Source of the DNA: Akkermansia muciniphila
GTDB taxonomy: Bacteria; Actinomycetota; Coriobacteriia; Coriobacteriales; QAMH01
Length of the DNA stretch: 37,309 nucleotides
Reading direction: 5' to 3'
Assembly (NCBI GenBank): GCA_963600995.1
Contig: CAVCDT010000002.1
Span: 14,621-51,929 of the forward strand
The position numbers and the translations under genes were made by a program. Numbering within the stretch: position 1 is the stretch's first letter; every line of letters begins with the position of its first letter. Shown here piece by piece: positions 17,891-26,200 of this stretch. A model generated the notes under the pieces. That model had not been told where the DNA came from. It saw only the letters and a list, made by a program, of their open reading frames with translations, and searched no databases.

Positions 17891-19717
17891 ATGTGCGGAA
17901 TCGTCGGATATGTGGGGGACAGCCAGGCCAAGGATATCTTGGTGGGCGGCTTGAGGCAGCTCGAGTACCGCGGCTACGACAGCGCGGGCATCGCGGTGCC
18001 CAACGGCGCGTCAGGCCTCGAGGTGGTCTGCCGCGTGGGTAAGGTGCAAGAACTCGCCGATGCCGTCGCCGATATGGACCTGCCCGCTACCTGCGGCATC
18101 GGGCATACGCGCTGGGCCACTCATGGCAAGCCCAGTGAGATAAACGCCCATCCGCATCGCGACTGCTCGGGAAAGATCGCCGTCGTCCACAACGGCATCA
18201 TCGAGAACTTCGCCACCCTGCGCGAGTCCCTCAAGGAGCAGGGCCATCAGTTTGCGAGCGAGACGGACACAGAGACCGTGGCGCATCTGCTCGAGGATTA
18301 CTACGAGGGCGACCTGGCACAGGCCATGCGCAAGACCGTCGCACAGCTGCAAGGTGCCTACGGCATCGCCGCCATCCATGCCGACCATCCCGATGAGATC
18401 GTGGTCACGCGCAAGGACAGCCCCATCGTCGTCGGCTGTGACGGCACTTCGAGCCTGGTGGCAAGCGACATGGTGGCCGTCATGGATTACACGCGCGACG
18501 TCGTCTTCTTGGACGACGGGCAGCTCGCCATCCTGCGCCGCGGCAAGATCGAGTACCAAGACGCGAGCGGCAAGCCCTTCGAGCCGCAGGTGACCCATAT
18601 CGACTGGGATACCGATGCCGCCGAGCGCAGCGGCTACCCCGATTTCATGCTCAAGGAGATCCACGAGCAGCCGCGCGTCGTGCGCGATACCTTATCCGGG
18701 CATCTCAAGGACAACAAGATCGTGCTCGAGGACCTGGCCTTGACCCAAGAGGACATCGAGGCCATCGACAAGGTCTACATCATCGGATGCGGCACGAGCT
18801 ACCATGCCGGCCTCGTGGCGCGCGAGCTCATCGAAGGCTGGGCGCGCATCCCCACGACCGTCGAGGTAGCAAGCGAGTTCCGCTACCGCAACCCCATCGT
18901 CACTGCCTCGACGCTGGTCATCGCCTTGTCGCAATCCGGTGAGACGGCAGATACGCTTGCCGCTGTGCGCTTGGCGCGCAGCAAGGGGGCACGCGTCTTT
19001 GCTGTGACCAACGTCATGGGCAGCCGCATCACACGTGAGAGCGACGGCACGCTCTACGTCAAAGCCAACATGGAGATATCCGTCGCCGCGACTAAGAGCT
19101 TCTTGGCGCAGATCGCCTGCGTGACGCTCATCGCGCTCTTCTTGGCGCAGCGCAAGGGGCGTATGTCGAGCCGCCAGGTGGTGAGCCTCTACCATGAGCT
19201 GCGCGCAACGCCTGCGCAGATCGAGTACATACTCACTGATACATCCGCGATCGAGGAGGCGGTAGAGCTCCTGGTCAACTGCCATAGCGCCATGTACGTG
19301 GGCCGCGGTATCGCCTCGACCATCTGCAACGAGGGTGCGCTCAAGCTCAAGGAGATCAGCTATCTCCATGCAGAGGCCTATCCCGCCGGAGAGCTCAAGC
19401 ACGGCCCCATCGCTTTGTTGGACGAGACCGTGCCTGTGATCGCCGTGGTGACGGAGAGCTCGACGCGTATGCAGACGCTCTCCAACGTGCAGGAGATCCT
19501 GGCGCGCGGGGCCAAGGTGATCGCCATCGCCACAGAAGGAGATGAGGACGTGCAGGATATCGCCGATTATGTGATCTACGTCCCGCCCGTGCGCGAGTGC
19601 TTCAGCGCGATCACGGCGAGCGTGCCCTTGCAGCTGCTCGCACGCGCCGTGGCCATCAAGCGCGGCTGCGACGTGGACCATCCGCGCAACCTGGCAAAAT
19701 CCGTTACGGTGGAGTAG
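17891..19717 (+). CDS. glmS: Glutamine--fructose-6-phosphate aminotransferase (isomerizing)
   Basis: Translation starts MCGIVGYVG (nucleophile Cys2) at ATG 17891, preceded by AAGGAG at 17875-17880. The upstream 29 codons of the ORF-track call were discarded. The length (608 aa), the SIS-domain motifs (GCGTSYHAG, SQSGETADT) and the C-terminal KSVTVE are typical of GlmS. Confidence 0.95.
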   Translation: MCGIVGYVGDSQAKDILVGGLRQLEYRGYDSAGIAVPNGASGLEVVCRVGKVQELADAVADMDLPATCGIGHTRWATHGKPSEINAHPHRDCSGKIAVVHNGIIENFATLRESLKEQGHQFASETDTETVAHLLEDYYEGDLAQAMRKTVAQLQGAYGIAAIHADHPDEIVVTRKDSPIVVGCDGTSSLVASDMVAVMDYTRDVVFLDDGQLAILRRGKIEYQDASGKPFEPQVTHIDWDTDAAERSGYPDFMLKEIHEQPRVVRDTLSGHLKDNKIVLEDLALTQEDIEAIDKVYIIGCGTSYHAGLVARELIEGWARIPTTVEVASEFRYRNPIVTASTLVIALSQSGETADTLAAVRLARSKGARVFAVTNVMGSRITRESDGTLYVKANMEISVAATKSFLAQIACVTLIALFLAQRKGRMSSRQVVSLYHELRATPAQIEYILTDTSAIEEAVELLVNCHSAMYVGRGIASTICNEGALKLKEISYLHAEAYPAGELKHGPIALLDETVPVIAVVTESSTRMQTLSNVQEILARGAKVIAIATEGDEDVQDIADYVIYVPPVRECFSAITASVPLQLLARAVAIKRGCDVDHPRNLAKSVTVE

Positions 19718-19722
19718 AGCAT

Positions 19723-20340
19723 ATGGCAGACCAAGAGACCAAGCAGGAAGCCGGCCAGATGCAGGAGGCAGCTGCTGCGGCTGCCGGCCAGGCGGATGCT
19801 CGGCGCGAGTCGATCCTTGCCGATGAGCCGCAGGCCCAGGTGCCCATCGCCGGCCTCGGCGTGGACATTGTCGAGATAGCGCGCATGGAAGAGATCCTAG
19901 GGCGCACGCCCAGCTTCAGGCAGCGCGTCTTCACCGATGGAGAGCGCGCGTACTGCGAGGCCAAGCACAACCCCGCAATCCACTTCGCCACGCATTTCGC
20001 CGCCAAAGAGGCCGTGCTCAAGGCGCTGGGGACGGGCTTTGCCGATGGGATCGGCTTCACGGATGTCGAGGTCACTCATGACCCCAAGGGCAAGCCCGTG
20101 GCCGTGCTCCATGGGCGCGCGCAGGAGGTCGCCGCAAGCCGCGGTATCACGGATATCCCCATATCCCTGAGCCGCACGCACTCCACAGCCGTGGCAAACG
20201 CCATCGCCACGAGCGAGGCCACCAAGCCCGCTGCAACGCAGGAGCGCGAGACGCCCAAGCAGCAGATCGCCAGCGCCTTCAAGGAGCTTCGCGGGATGCT
20301 CGACGATATGGACCAAGGGCAGCCCGGCCAGCAGGACTAG
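19723..20340 (+). CDS. acpS: Holo-[acyl-carrier-protein] synthase (4'-phosphopantetheinyl transferase, AcpS type) with low-complexity N- and C-terminal extensions
   Basis: The core is GLGVDIVEIARMEEIL ... FAAKEAVLKALG ... ISLSRTHSTAVANAIA. ATG 19723 lies 5 nt after the glmS stop, with GGTGGAG upstream. An alternative in-frame GTG at 19840 would give the canonical short N-terminus (VPIAGLGVDIV), so the start is uncertain. Confidence 0.85.
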   Translation: MADQETKQEAGQMQEAAAAAAGQADARRESILADEPQAQVPIAGLGVDIVEIARMEEILGRTPSFRQRVFTDGERAYCEAKHNPAIHFATHFAAKEAVLKALGTGFADGIGFTDVEVTHDPKGKPVAVLHGRAQEVAASRGITDIPISLSRTHSTAVANAIATSEATKPAATQERETPKQQIASAFKELRGMLDDMDQGQPGQQD

Positions 20341-20382
20341 GGCTTGCTGCCATAAGACGCGGAGAGGGAAGGGGATAGTCGC

Positions 20383-21336
20383 ATGTCGATGAGCGAAGCG
20401 CATGAGTTTGGGATGCATGACGCCACGCGGCTCATGCCCGTGCCCGATGCGCATGCCAACAAGTACTCGCGCGGCAAGCTCGTGGTGGTCGGCGGCAGCG
20501 CATCGTACCCGGCAGCCCCCGTTATGAGCGCCCTCGCTGCCGGCAGGGCGGGTGCCGGCTATACCTCCCTGGCTGTCCCCCAGAGCGCTGCAGGCGTCGC
20601 GCATGCCCATGTGTTCAGCATCACCGTCAGTCCTTTGCCGGATATCGAGGGCGCCCTTTGCGCCCAAAGCGTCAAAGCGGCGCAAGAGACCCTCGCTAAG
20701 GCCGCGGCGTTCGTCGTAGGACCGGGGATGGGACGCAGCGGTAACGTCGTGGCGTTCTTGCACGGCCTTCTTGCATCTGATGCCGCATGTGCTATACCCG
20801 GGGTGGTAGATGCAGACGCCTTGGCTCTCATCGCCTCTTGGGATGGCGGGTTTGCCGAAATGCGCCCTGCCGCTGCGCCCAGTTTGGTGCTCACGCCGCA
20901 TGCTGGAGAGGCTGCACGTTTGCTGGGGGAGGGTAGGCGCGTGCAAGACCCCCTTGCGGATGTGCTAGAGCTCTCCCGCAGCTACAACAGTGTCGTTGCC
21001 CTCAAGGGCCCCGATACCTTTATCGCATCGCCGGATGGCGAGGTACGCGTGGTGAGGACAGGCGGCCCAGAGCTTGCCAAGGCAGGAACGGGGGACGTGC
21101 TCGCGGGCACGATAGGCGCCTTGCTCGCGCAGGGGCTCGACGCCTTCGACGCGGCATGCCTGGGCGTCTATCTCCATGCCAAGGCCGGGGCTATCGCGGC
21201 AGCGCAAGACGGCGTGACATCGGTGATGCCGGAGGACCTCTTCTGCAGCCTGCCCAAGGCCATCCGCGGCCTCGAAGCCTGCGGTGGCAAGCTCGCTGCG
21301 GCCCAGCAGGATGCGCAGAGGCGCTCGACGCTGTAG
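20383..21336 (+). CDS. nnrD: ADP-dependent NAD(P)H-hydrate dehydratase (YjeF C-terminal / NnrD type, no epimerase domain)
   Basis: HANKYSRGKLVVVGGSASYPAAPVMSALAAGRAGAGY, LTPHAGEAARLL, VVALKGPDTFIASPDG and AKAGTGDVLAGTIGALLAQG are carbohydrate-kinase-fold YjeF-C motifs. acpS-nnr-alr is a common neighbourhood. Confidence 0.85.
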   Translation: MSMSEAHEFGMHDATRLMPVPDAHANKYSRGKLVVVGGSASYPAAPVMSALAAGRAGAGYTSLAVPQSAAGVAHAHVFSITVSPLPDIEGALCAQSVKAAQETLAKAAAFVVGPGMGRSGNVVAFLHGLLASDAACAIPGVVDADALALIASWDGGFAEMRPAAAPSLVLTPHAGEAARLLGEGRRVQDPLADVLELSRSYNSVVALKGPDTFIASPDGEVRVVRTGGPELAKAGTGDVLAGTIGALLAQGLDAFDAACLGVYLHAKAGAIAAAQDGVTSVMPEDLFCSLPKAIRGLEACGGKLAAAQQDAQRRSTL

Positions 21337-21424
21337 CTTTGCGCGATGCCTCGCTCCTTTATGCGGCGCTTTGGTCTAACATTGTCCAAAAGCCCGGGTG
21401 ATATGCGCTGTGAAGGGAGGCTTT

Positions 21425-22741
21425 ATGCCCGATTACGCCAACTACTTTGGCTCGACGCCGCATCTGGCGTCCCAGGGCCCGTCCTCTAAGGATGAGGGGC
21501 AGCTGTTCGACAGCCGTGACGGGCAGCTGAGCTTTGGCGCACAGGTCGACGATGCCGCAAACGCTCCCTCCGTGGGCTTGCGCGATAGCTACACGCAGCA
21601 GACGCTCCCGCGCGAGGCTTGGGTCGAGGTCGACCTCTCCGCCATCGCCTTCAACGTCAAGCAGACGCTGCGCACGATAGGCTCGCGTCGCCTGATCTGC
21701 GCGGATGTGAGTGCCGATGCTTACGGCCATGGCGCTGTTCGCGTGGCCAAAGCCGCACTCGAGGCCGGTGCGGACCGCCTTGCCGTCGCAACGCCCGAGG
21801 AGGGCGTGCGCCTGCGCCAAGCGGGTATCGGCGCACCCATCTTGGTCAAGGTCCAGCCCTGCGCACGCGCCATCCCCCTGCTCGTGGCCTACGACCTCAC
21901 GCCGGCGGTGTTCGACGCCAAGTTCGCTTTGGACTACGCAGAGCACGCAGATCTCCAGGGCAAGAGCGCACCTTTCCATCTCGAGGTCAACACAGGGATG
22001 AACTGCAGCGGCGTCTTTTACCTGGATGCCGCAGACCTCATCCGCAGCGTGAGCTTCCATCGCGCCCTCAAGTACGAGGGGACCTTCACGGTCTTTGGCG
22101 TGACCGATGCGCGCGACCAGCTCGACTTTACCGAGCAATGCCGTCGTTTCGAGGAGGCTATAGATCAGATCCGCGCGGCGGGCTTCGACCCGGGCATCGT
22201 GCATGCGGCGGACTCCTATGCGATCTTCTGCCATAAGCAGCTCCATTACAGCATGGTGCGCATGGGCAGCTGCCTTTACGGCGTCGACGCGGACCTCTAT
22301 GCTCCCAGCGCCCTTGTGCTCAAGCCCGCTATGAGCGTCAAGGCCCTGGTGTCGCAGGTATGCGAGCCGCAGGTGGGCGAGGGTGTGGGCCGCAACTACT
22401 CCTATCGCGTGGGGATGCCCGTGCAGATCGCCACACTGCCCTTGGGCTACGCCGACGGCATCTCGCGCGCGCTTACGCGCGAGGGCTTCAAGGTGCTCTG
22501 GCACGGCATGGCCATAAGCCAGGTGGGTGAGATCGGGGCCAATCAGATGATGGTCGAGATCCCCCTCAAGTACTCCGTCACCGGCGTTGGCGGTGGTGCG
22601 CAGCCGGGCGACGAGGTCGTCGTCATCGGCACGCAGGACGAGCACATGATCGCCTGCGAGACGATGGCGGAGTCCCTGCATACCCTGAGCCTAGAGGTGA
22701 CCTGCGCCTTTGGCATGAGGCTTCCCAAGGTGTACCTGTGA
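21425..22741 (+). CDS. Alanine-racemase-fold protein lacking the canonical PLP lysine and other catalytic residues (438 aa, ~70-aa N-terminal extension)
   Basis: Scaffold motifs AWVEVDLSAIAFNV, AYGHG, VRMGSCLYG and LPLGYADG are retained. The expected VVKA-x-AYGHG reads DVSADAYGHG. ATG 21425 follows AAGGGAGG (21413-20); the GTG at 21398 in the ORF track is less likely. The stop overlaps the udg start (GTGA). Confidence 0.85.
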   Translation: MPDYANYFGSTPHLASQGPSSKDEGQLFDSRDGQLSFGAQVDDAANAPSVGLRDSYTQQTLPREAWVEVDLSAIAFNVKQTLRTIGSRRLICADVSADAYGHGAVRVAKAALEAGADRLAVATPEEGVRLRQAGIGAPILVKVQPCARAIPLLVAYDLTPAVFDAKFALDYAEHADLQGKSAPFHLEVNTGMNCSGVFYLDAADLIRSVSFHRALKYEGTFTVFGVTDARDQLDFTEQCRRFEEAIDQIRAAGFDPGIVHAADSYAIFCHKQLHYSMVRMGSCLYGVDADLYAPSALVLKPAMSVKALVSQVCEPQVGEGVGRNYSYRVGMPVQIATLPLGYADGISRALTREGFKVLWHGMAISQVGEIGANQMMVEIPLKYSVTGVGGGAQPGDEVVVIGTQDEHMIACETMAESLHTLSLEVTCAFGMRLPKVYL

Positions 22742-23307
22742 CGGCGCGCTCTTTGGACGAGCTTGCGCATCTGTGCGCCTCCTGCGATAAGTGCGAGCTC
22801 GCAGCAACGCGCAACAACGTGGTCTTCGGGGCAGGAGACGCCCATGCGCGCGTGGTGATCATCGGCGAGGCCCCGGGCAAGAATGAGGACCTCAAGGGCG
22901 AGCCTTTCGTCGGCGCGGCGGGCAAGATGCTCGACCGCATGCTCGAGCAAGCGGGTATTGCGCGCGAGGACGTCTATATCGCCAATATCTGCAAATGCCG
23001 CCCGCCTTCCAACCGCAACCCCAAGGCGGCAGAGATCGAGGCCTGCACGCCGTGGCTCACAGCGCAGCTCGATGCGATAGCGCCCGATGTCATCGTCACC
23101 TTGGGTAACTTCGCCACGCGCTTCATACTCGGCACCACCCAGGGCATAACCGCCTTGCACGGGCAGGTTTGCGAGAAGAACGGGTTGGTCGTCCTGCCCA
23201 TGTTCCATCCTGCGGCATGCATCTACGATCGCAGCAAGGTCGCCGCGCTGGAAGAGGACTTCCGCCTGCTGGGCAAGCTGCTCTTGGATACAAACGATTC
23301 GGAGTGA
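22738..23307 (+). CDS. udg: Uracil-DNA glycosylase, family 4 (Fe-S cluster type)
   Basis: CASCDKCEL, VVIIGEAPG, PFVGAAG, ICKCRPPSNR, ACTPWL and MFHPAA are family-4 UDG motifs including the four Cys ligands. GTG 22738 overlaps the stop of the upstream gene. Confidence 0.85.
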   Translation: MTARSLDELAHLCASCDKCELAATRNNVVFGAGDAHARVVIIGEAPGKNEDLKGEPFVGAAGKMLDRMLEQAGIAREDVYIANICKCRPPSNRNPKAAEIEACTPWLTAQLDAIAPDVIVTLGNFATRFILGTTQGITALHGQVCEKNGLVVLPMFHPAACIYDRSKVAALEEDFRLLGKLLLDTNDSE

Positions 23308-23723
23308 TGATGGAAAGCTATCTGTCCCATAGCGTTGAGGAGACCATGGCCGTCGGCGCCAAGCTCGCCGCTACGGCGCAGCCAGATGACTGCATCGTGC
23401 TCACGGGGGACCTTGGTGCGGGCAAGACGCACCTCACCAAGGGCTTTGCCGCAGCTTTAGGCGTGCAAGAGGATGTGACGAGCCCTACCTTCGCCATCGT
23501 CGAGGAGTACGCCGGCGGGCGCATCCCCTTGCTCCATTGGGACCTGTATCGCCTGGAGGAGGATTGGGAGCTCGAGGACGTCGACTGGTACGGCCTGACG
23601 GAGAGCGGGGCCGTGAGCTTGGTCGAGTGGGGGGACAAGTTCCCCGATGCATTGCCCGACGGCTCTAAGCATGTCGATATCCGCGTGCAGGACGACGGTA
23701 CGCGCGTCATCATCGTCGAGTAG
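23307..23723 (+). CDS. tsaE: tRNA t6A37 biosynthesis ATPase TsaE (YjeE)
   Basis: The Walker A motif is LTGDLGAGKTHLTKG. SPTFAIVEEY and HWDLYRL are also present. ATG 23307 shares its A with the udg TGA stop. The longer ORF-track start (23169) lies inside udg and was rejected. Confidence 0.9.
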   Translation: MMESYLSHSVEETMAVGAKLAATAQPDDCIVLTGDLGAGKTHLTKGFAAALGVQEDVTSPTFAIVEEYAGGRIPLLHWDLYRLEEDWELEDVDWYGLTESGAVSLVEWGDKFPDALPDGSKHVDIRVQDDGTRVIIVE

Positions 23724-23846
23724 CGCTGCATCGGGGCAAATGCGGTGTGTAAGCGGCGGATTTACGGCATCGCCACCGCCCTGTTGCCAAGACGTGTAAA
23801 CCTGTTCAGGCTTTTTTAAGGACGTCCCGTTAAACTTGGTTGCATT

Positions 23847-24605
23847 ATGGCAGAGACTAACCCTTACAAAGTACTCGGATTAGACGACGGCGCCTCCAAG
23901 GAGGAGGTGACCCGCGCATATCGCAAGCTGGCCAAGAAGTACCATCCGGACCTCAACCCGGGCGATGAGGAAGCCGCGAAGAAGATGGCCGAGGTCAACG
24001 CCGCGTATGACTCGATCACCAACGGCACGCCGTACGGCCCCAGGGCACGCCAGCAGGCGGCCAACCCCTACGGGCAGGCCGGCGGCAACCCTTACAGCCA
24101 ATCCGGTGCGGGCAGCTACAGCGGCAGGGCCACGTATGCCTACGACCCGACGACGGGGCGCTACACGCGCGTGGACGGCAACGGCAGCGCCGGCGGCAGC
24201 GGGTACTACGACCCCTTCGAGGATCTCTTCCGCAGCTGGTACGGCAACCAGCAGAGCCAATCCTCAAGCGGCCAATCCTCGTCTGACTACTATCGCCAGC
24301 AACAGCAGCGCCAACAGCAGTACCAGCAGCAACGGCGCACGACCACGCTCTTCAGCGGGTCGGGCTGTCTGACGTGGATACTTGCGCTGGTCATCATCAA
24401 CATCTTGCTCAACATGTTCTTGGGCGGGTGCTCCAACCTGCTCTACGGCACACATCGCGTGTACTCCTCCACGACGCCGCAAAGTCAGTACAGCCAGGTC
24501 TACAGCAATGACAGCGGATCAGGCAGCGGCAACGGCTATACGCAGGGCGGCACCTCTGGTGGCTACAGCAGTGCTTCCGGCACTACGACAAGCTCCACGT
24601 TGTAG
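23847..24605 (+). CDS. Membrane-anchored J-domain (DnaJ-like) protein with a Q/G/S/Y-rich low-complexity region
   Basis: The J domain [53 protein letters not shown] carries the HPD motif. No Zn-finger or DnaJ C-terminal domains are present. aa ~60-165 are G/S/Y/Q-rich ([17 protein letters not shown]). There is one TM helix, [21 protein letters not shown] (aa ~174-194), then an S/T/G/Y-rich tail. No obvious Shine-Dalgarno precedes the ATG. Confidence 0.8.
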   Translation: MAETNPYKVLGLDDGASKEEVTRAYRKLAKKYHPDLNPGDEEAAKKMAEVNAAYDSITNGTPYGPRARQQAANPYGQAGGNPYSQSGAGSYSGRATYAYDPTTGRYTRVDGNGSAGGSGYYDPFEDLFRSWYGNQQSQSSSGQSSSDYYRQQQQRQQQYQQQRRTTTLFSGSGCLTWILALVIINILLNMFLGGCSNLLYGTHRVYSSTTPQSQYSQVYSNDSGSGSGNGYTQGGTSGGYSSASGTTTSSTL

Positions 24606-24686
24606 GCACCTCGCAGACAGGCCCTACAACACCGCTTGCGGTGGCAAAGTGCGCAGGATAAGCGGGCATGTGCTCGGCTGTGCGCC

Positions 24687-24714
24687 TTCATCACGGGCCT
24701 GGGTGAAATATAAT
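24687..24714 (+). promoter_or_regulatory. Putative promoter for the HlyD-like gene
   Basis: A perfect TATAAT at 24709-24714 lies 36 nt upstream of the start codon. A weak -35, TTCATC, sits at 24687-24692 with a 16-nt spacer. Confidence 0.4.
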
Positions 24715-24749
24715 GGGAAGCTACCGTGCGTTGCTTCACCGGAGGCGAG

Positions 24750-26096
24750 ATGTCTACAAGCAAAGACAAACAGAGGAAAAACGACCGCAAGATGGCCCTT
24801 ACGCTCGCGGGCGTCTTCGTGGCTGCCGTCTTGATCTTCGGCGGCGGGGCCTATCTGTTCACCCGTGCGTTCACAGGGCATGTCCGTGCGACAGACGAGT
24901 ACGAGACCATGCAGCTCACGGCCGCGAGCTATTCGAGCGACCTGTCTGCATCGGGGTTGTTCCAGTCCGGCAACACGACCACCGTGCGCGCGGAGGTCGA
25001 CGGCACGGTGTTCAACGTGCTGGTAAAAGACGGCGACAAGGTCAAGAAGGGCGATACGCTCTTCACCATCGAGAACGAGGACATAACGGCCGACGTGTCG
25101 TCCACCCTTGACGCCTATGTGCAGGCTCAAGACGACGAGCGCGATGCCTCCGAGCAAGCGCGGGCGGGCAAGACCAAGCTCAAGCAGGCGCAGAAGTCCC
25201 TCGCCAAGGCGCAAAGCGCGCTCGAGAAGGCGCGCAAGAAGGCGGAGTCCTCTGCAGACGGCGATGAAGCCGATGCCGACATGAGCAGCTTTAACGAGGA
25301 GCCCTACCAGGCGGCTATCGAGTCGGCCCAATCCGCTGTCGACAGCGCCCAGGAGTCGCTCGAGGTGCTCCAGAACAACGAGAAGAAGGCTGCCCAGACC
25401 ACGGAGGCCGCAAAGATCGCCTACAAGAAGGCGACCAAGAAGGAGTCCAAGCTCACCGTGAAGGCGCCCGTCGACGGGACGGTTGCCTCGCTGGCTGTGG
25501 AGAAGGGCTCTGCCGTTGCGGCCTCAAGCGATGCGGCGGCTATGAAGATCGTCGACACAAGCGACATCATCGCCCAGGTCGAGGTCCCAGAAAACCAGAT
25601 CGCCAATATCGTCAAGGGCCAGAAGGCGACGGTGACCTGCACTGCGCTGGGCGATAAGACCTTCAAGGCCACGGTGTCGCGCGTTGCCGACACACCCGTC
25701 GAGACCCAAGGCGACCAGAGCGCTGCAAGCCAGGAGAGCGCGGATGGCACCAGCTCGCAAGACGGGACAGAGGCTGCCGATAACGGCGAGACGGCGAGCG
25801 AGGGCGCTCTCTACAGCGTCACCTTGAAGCTCAAGGACATCGACTCCGCCGTCAAGATAGGGATGGCGGCAAGCGCCAAGATCACCATCCAAGACTTCGG
25901 CACGGTGTTCTACGTTCCCTCGAGCTGTGTAGCCACCAACAACTCCGGTGCGTACGTCGAGGCGGTCGTTGATAAGAGCACCGTCAAGCAGTACAGCGTC
26001 GCGCAGCTAGGCACCGCCGATGATGGCAAGCTCATCATCCAGGGCGCGTCGCTTATGGAGGGAACCGTTATCAGGACGGACCTCTCGAACAGCTAA
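24750..26096 (+). CDS. HlyD/MacA-family membrane-fusion (periplasmic adaptor-type) protein with an N-terminal membrane anchor
   Basis: GGAGG (24741-45) precedes ATG 24750. The TM helix is MALTLAGVFVAAVLIFGGGAYLF. The lipoyl-like half-motifs are VRAEVDGTVFNVLVKDGDKVKKGDTLFTIE and LTVKAPVDGTVASLAVEKGSAV. A ~130-aa coiled coil lies between them. The beta-barrel segment is IAQVEVPENQIANIVKGQKATVT. Confidence 0.8.
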   Translation: MSTSKDKQRKNDRKMALTLAGVFVAAVLIFGGGAYLFTRAFTGHVRATDEYETMQLTAASYSSDLSASGLFQSGNTTTVRAEVDGTVFNVLVKDGDKVKKGDTLFTIENEDITADVSSTLDAYVQAQDDERDASEQARAGKTKLKQAQKSLAKAQSALEKARKKAESSADGDEADADMSSFNEEPYQAAIESAQSAVDSAQESLEVLQNNEKKAAQTTEAAKIAYKKATKKESKLTVKAPVDGTVASLAVEKGSAVAASSDAAAMKIVDTSDIIAQVEVPENQIANIVKGQKATVTCTALGDKTFKATVSRVADTPVETQGDQSAASQESADGTSSQDGTEAADNGETASEGALYSVTLKLKDIDSAVKIGMAASAKITIQDFGTVFYVPSSCVATNNSGAYVEAVVDKSTVKQYSVAQLGTADDGKLIIQGASLMEGTVIRTDLSNS

Positions 26097-26155
26097 CCCG
26101 GGACTACGCGTGTGCCGCAGGCCTCCTGCCCGCTGGTACCGGGCGCAATCAGGAT

Positions 26156-26177
26156 GCCCGCAACTCGAGCTGCGGGC
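26156..26177 (+). terminator. Weak hairpin after the HlyD-like gene
   Basis: GCCCGCA (26156-62) pairs with TGCGGGC (26171-77) around an 8-nt loop. There is no T-tract. Confidence 0.2.
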
Positions 26178-26200
26178 GCTACGAACAACGGACAACCCAA

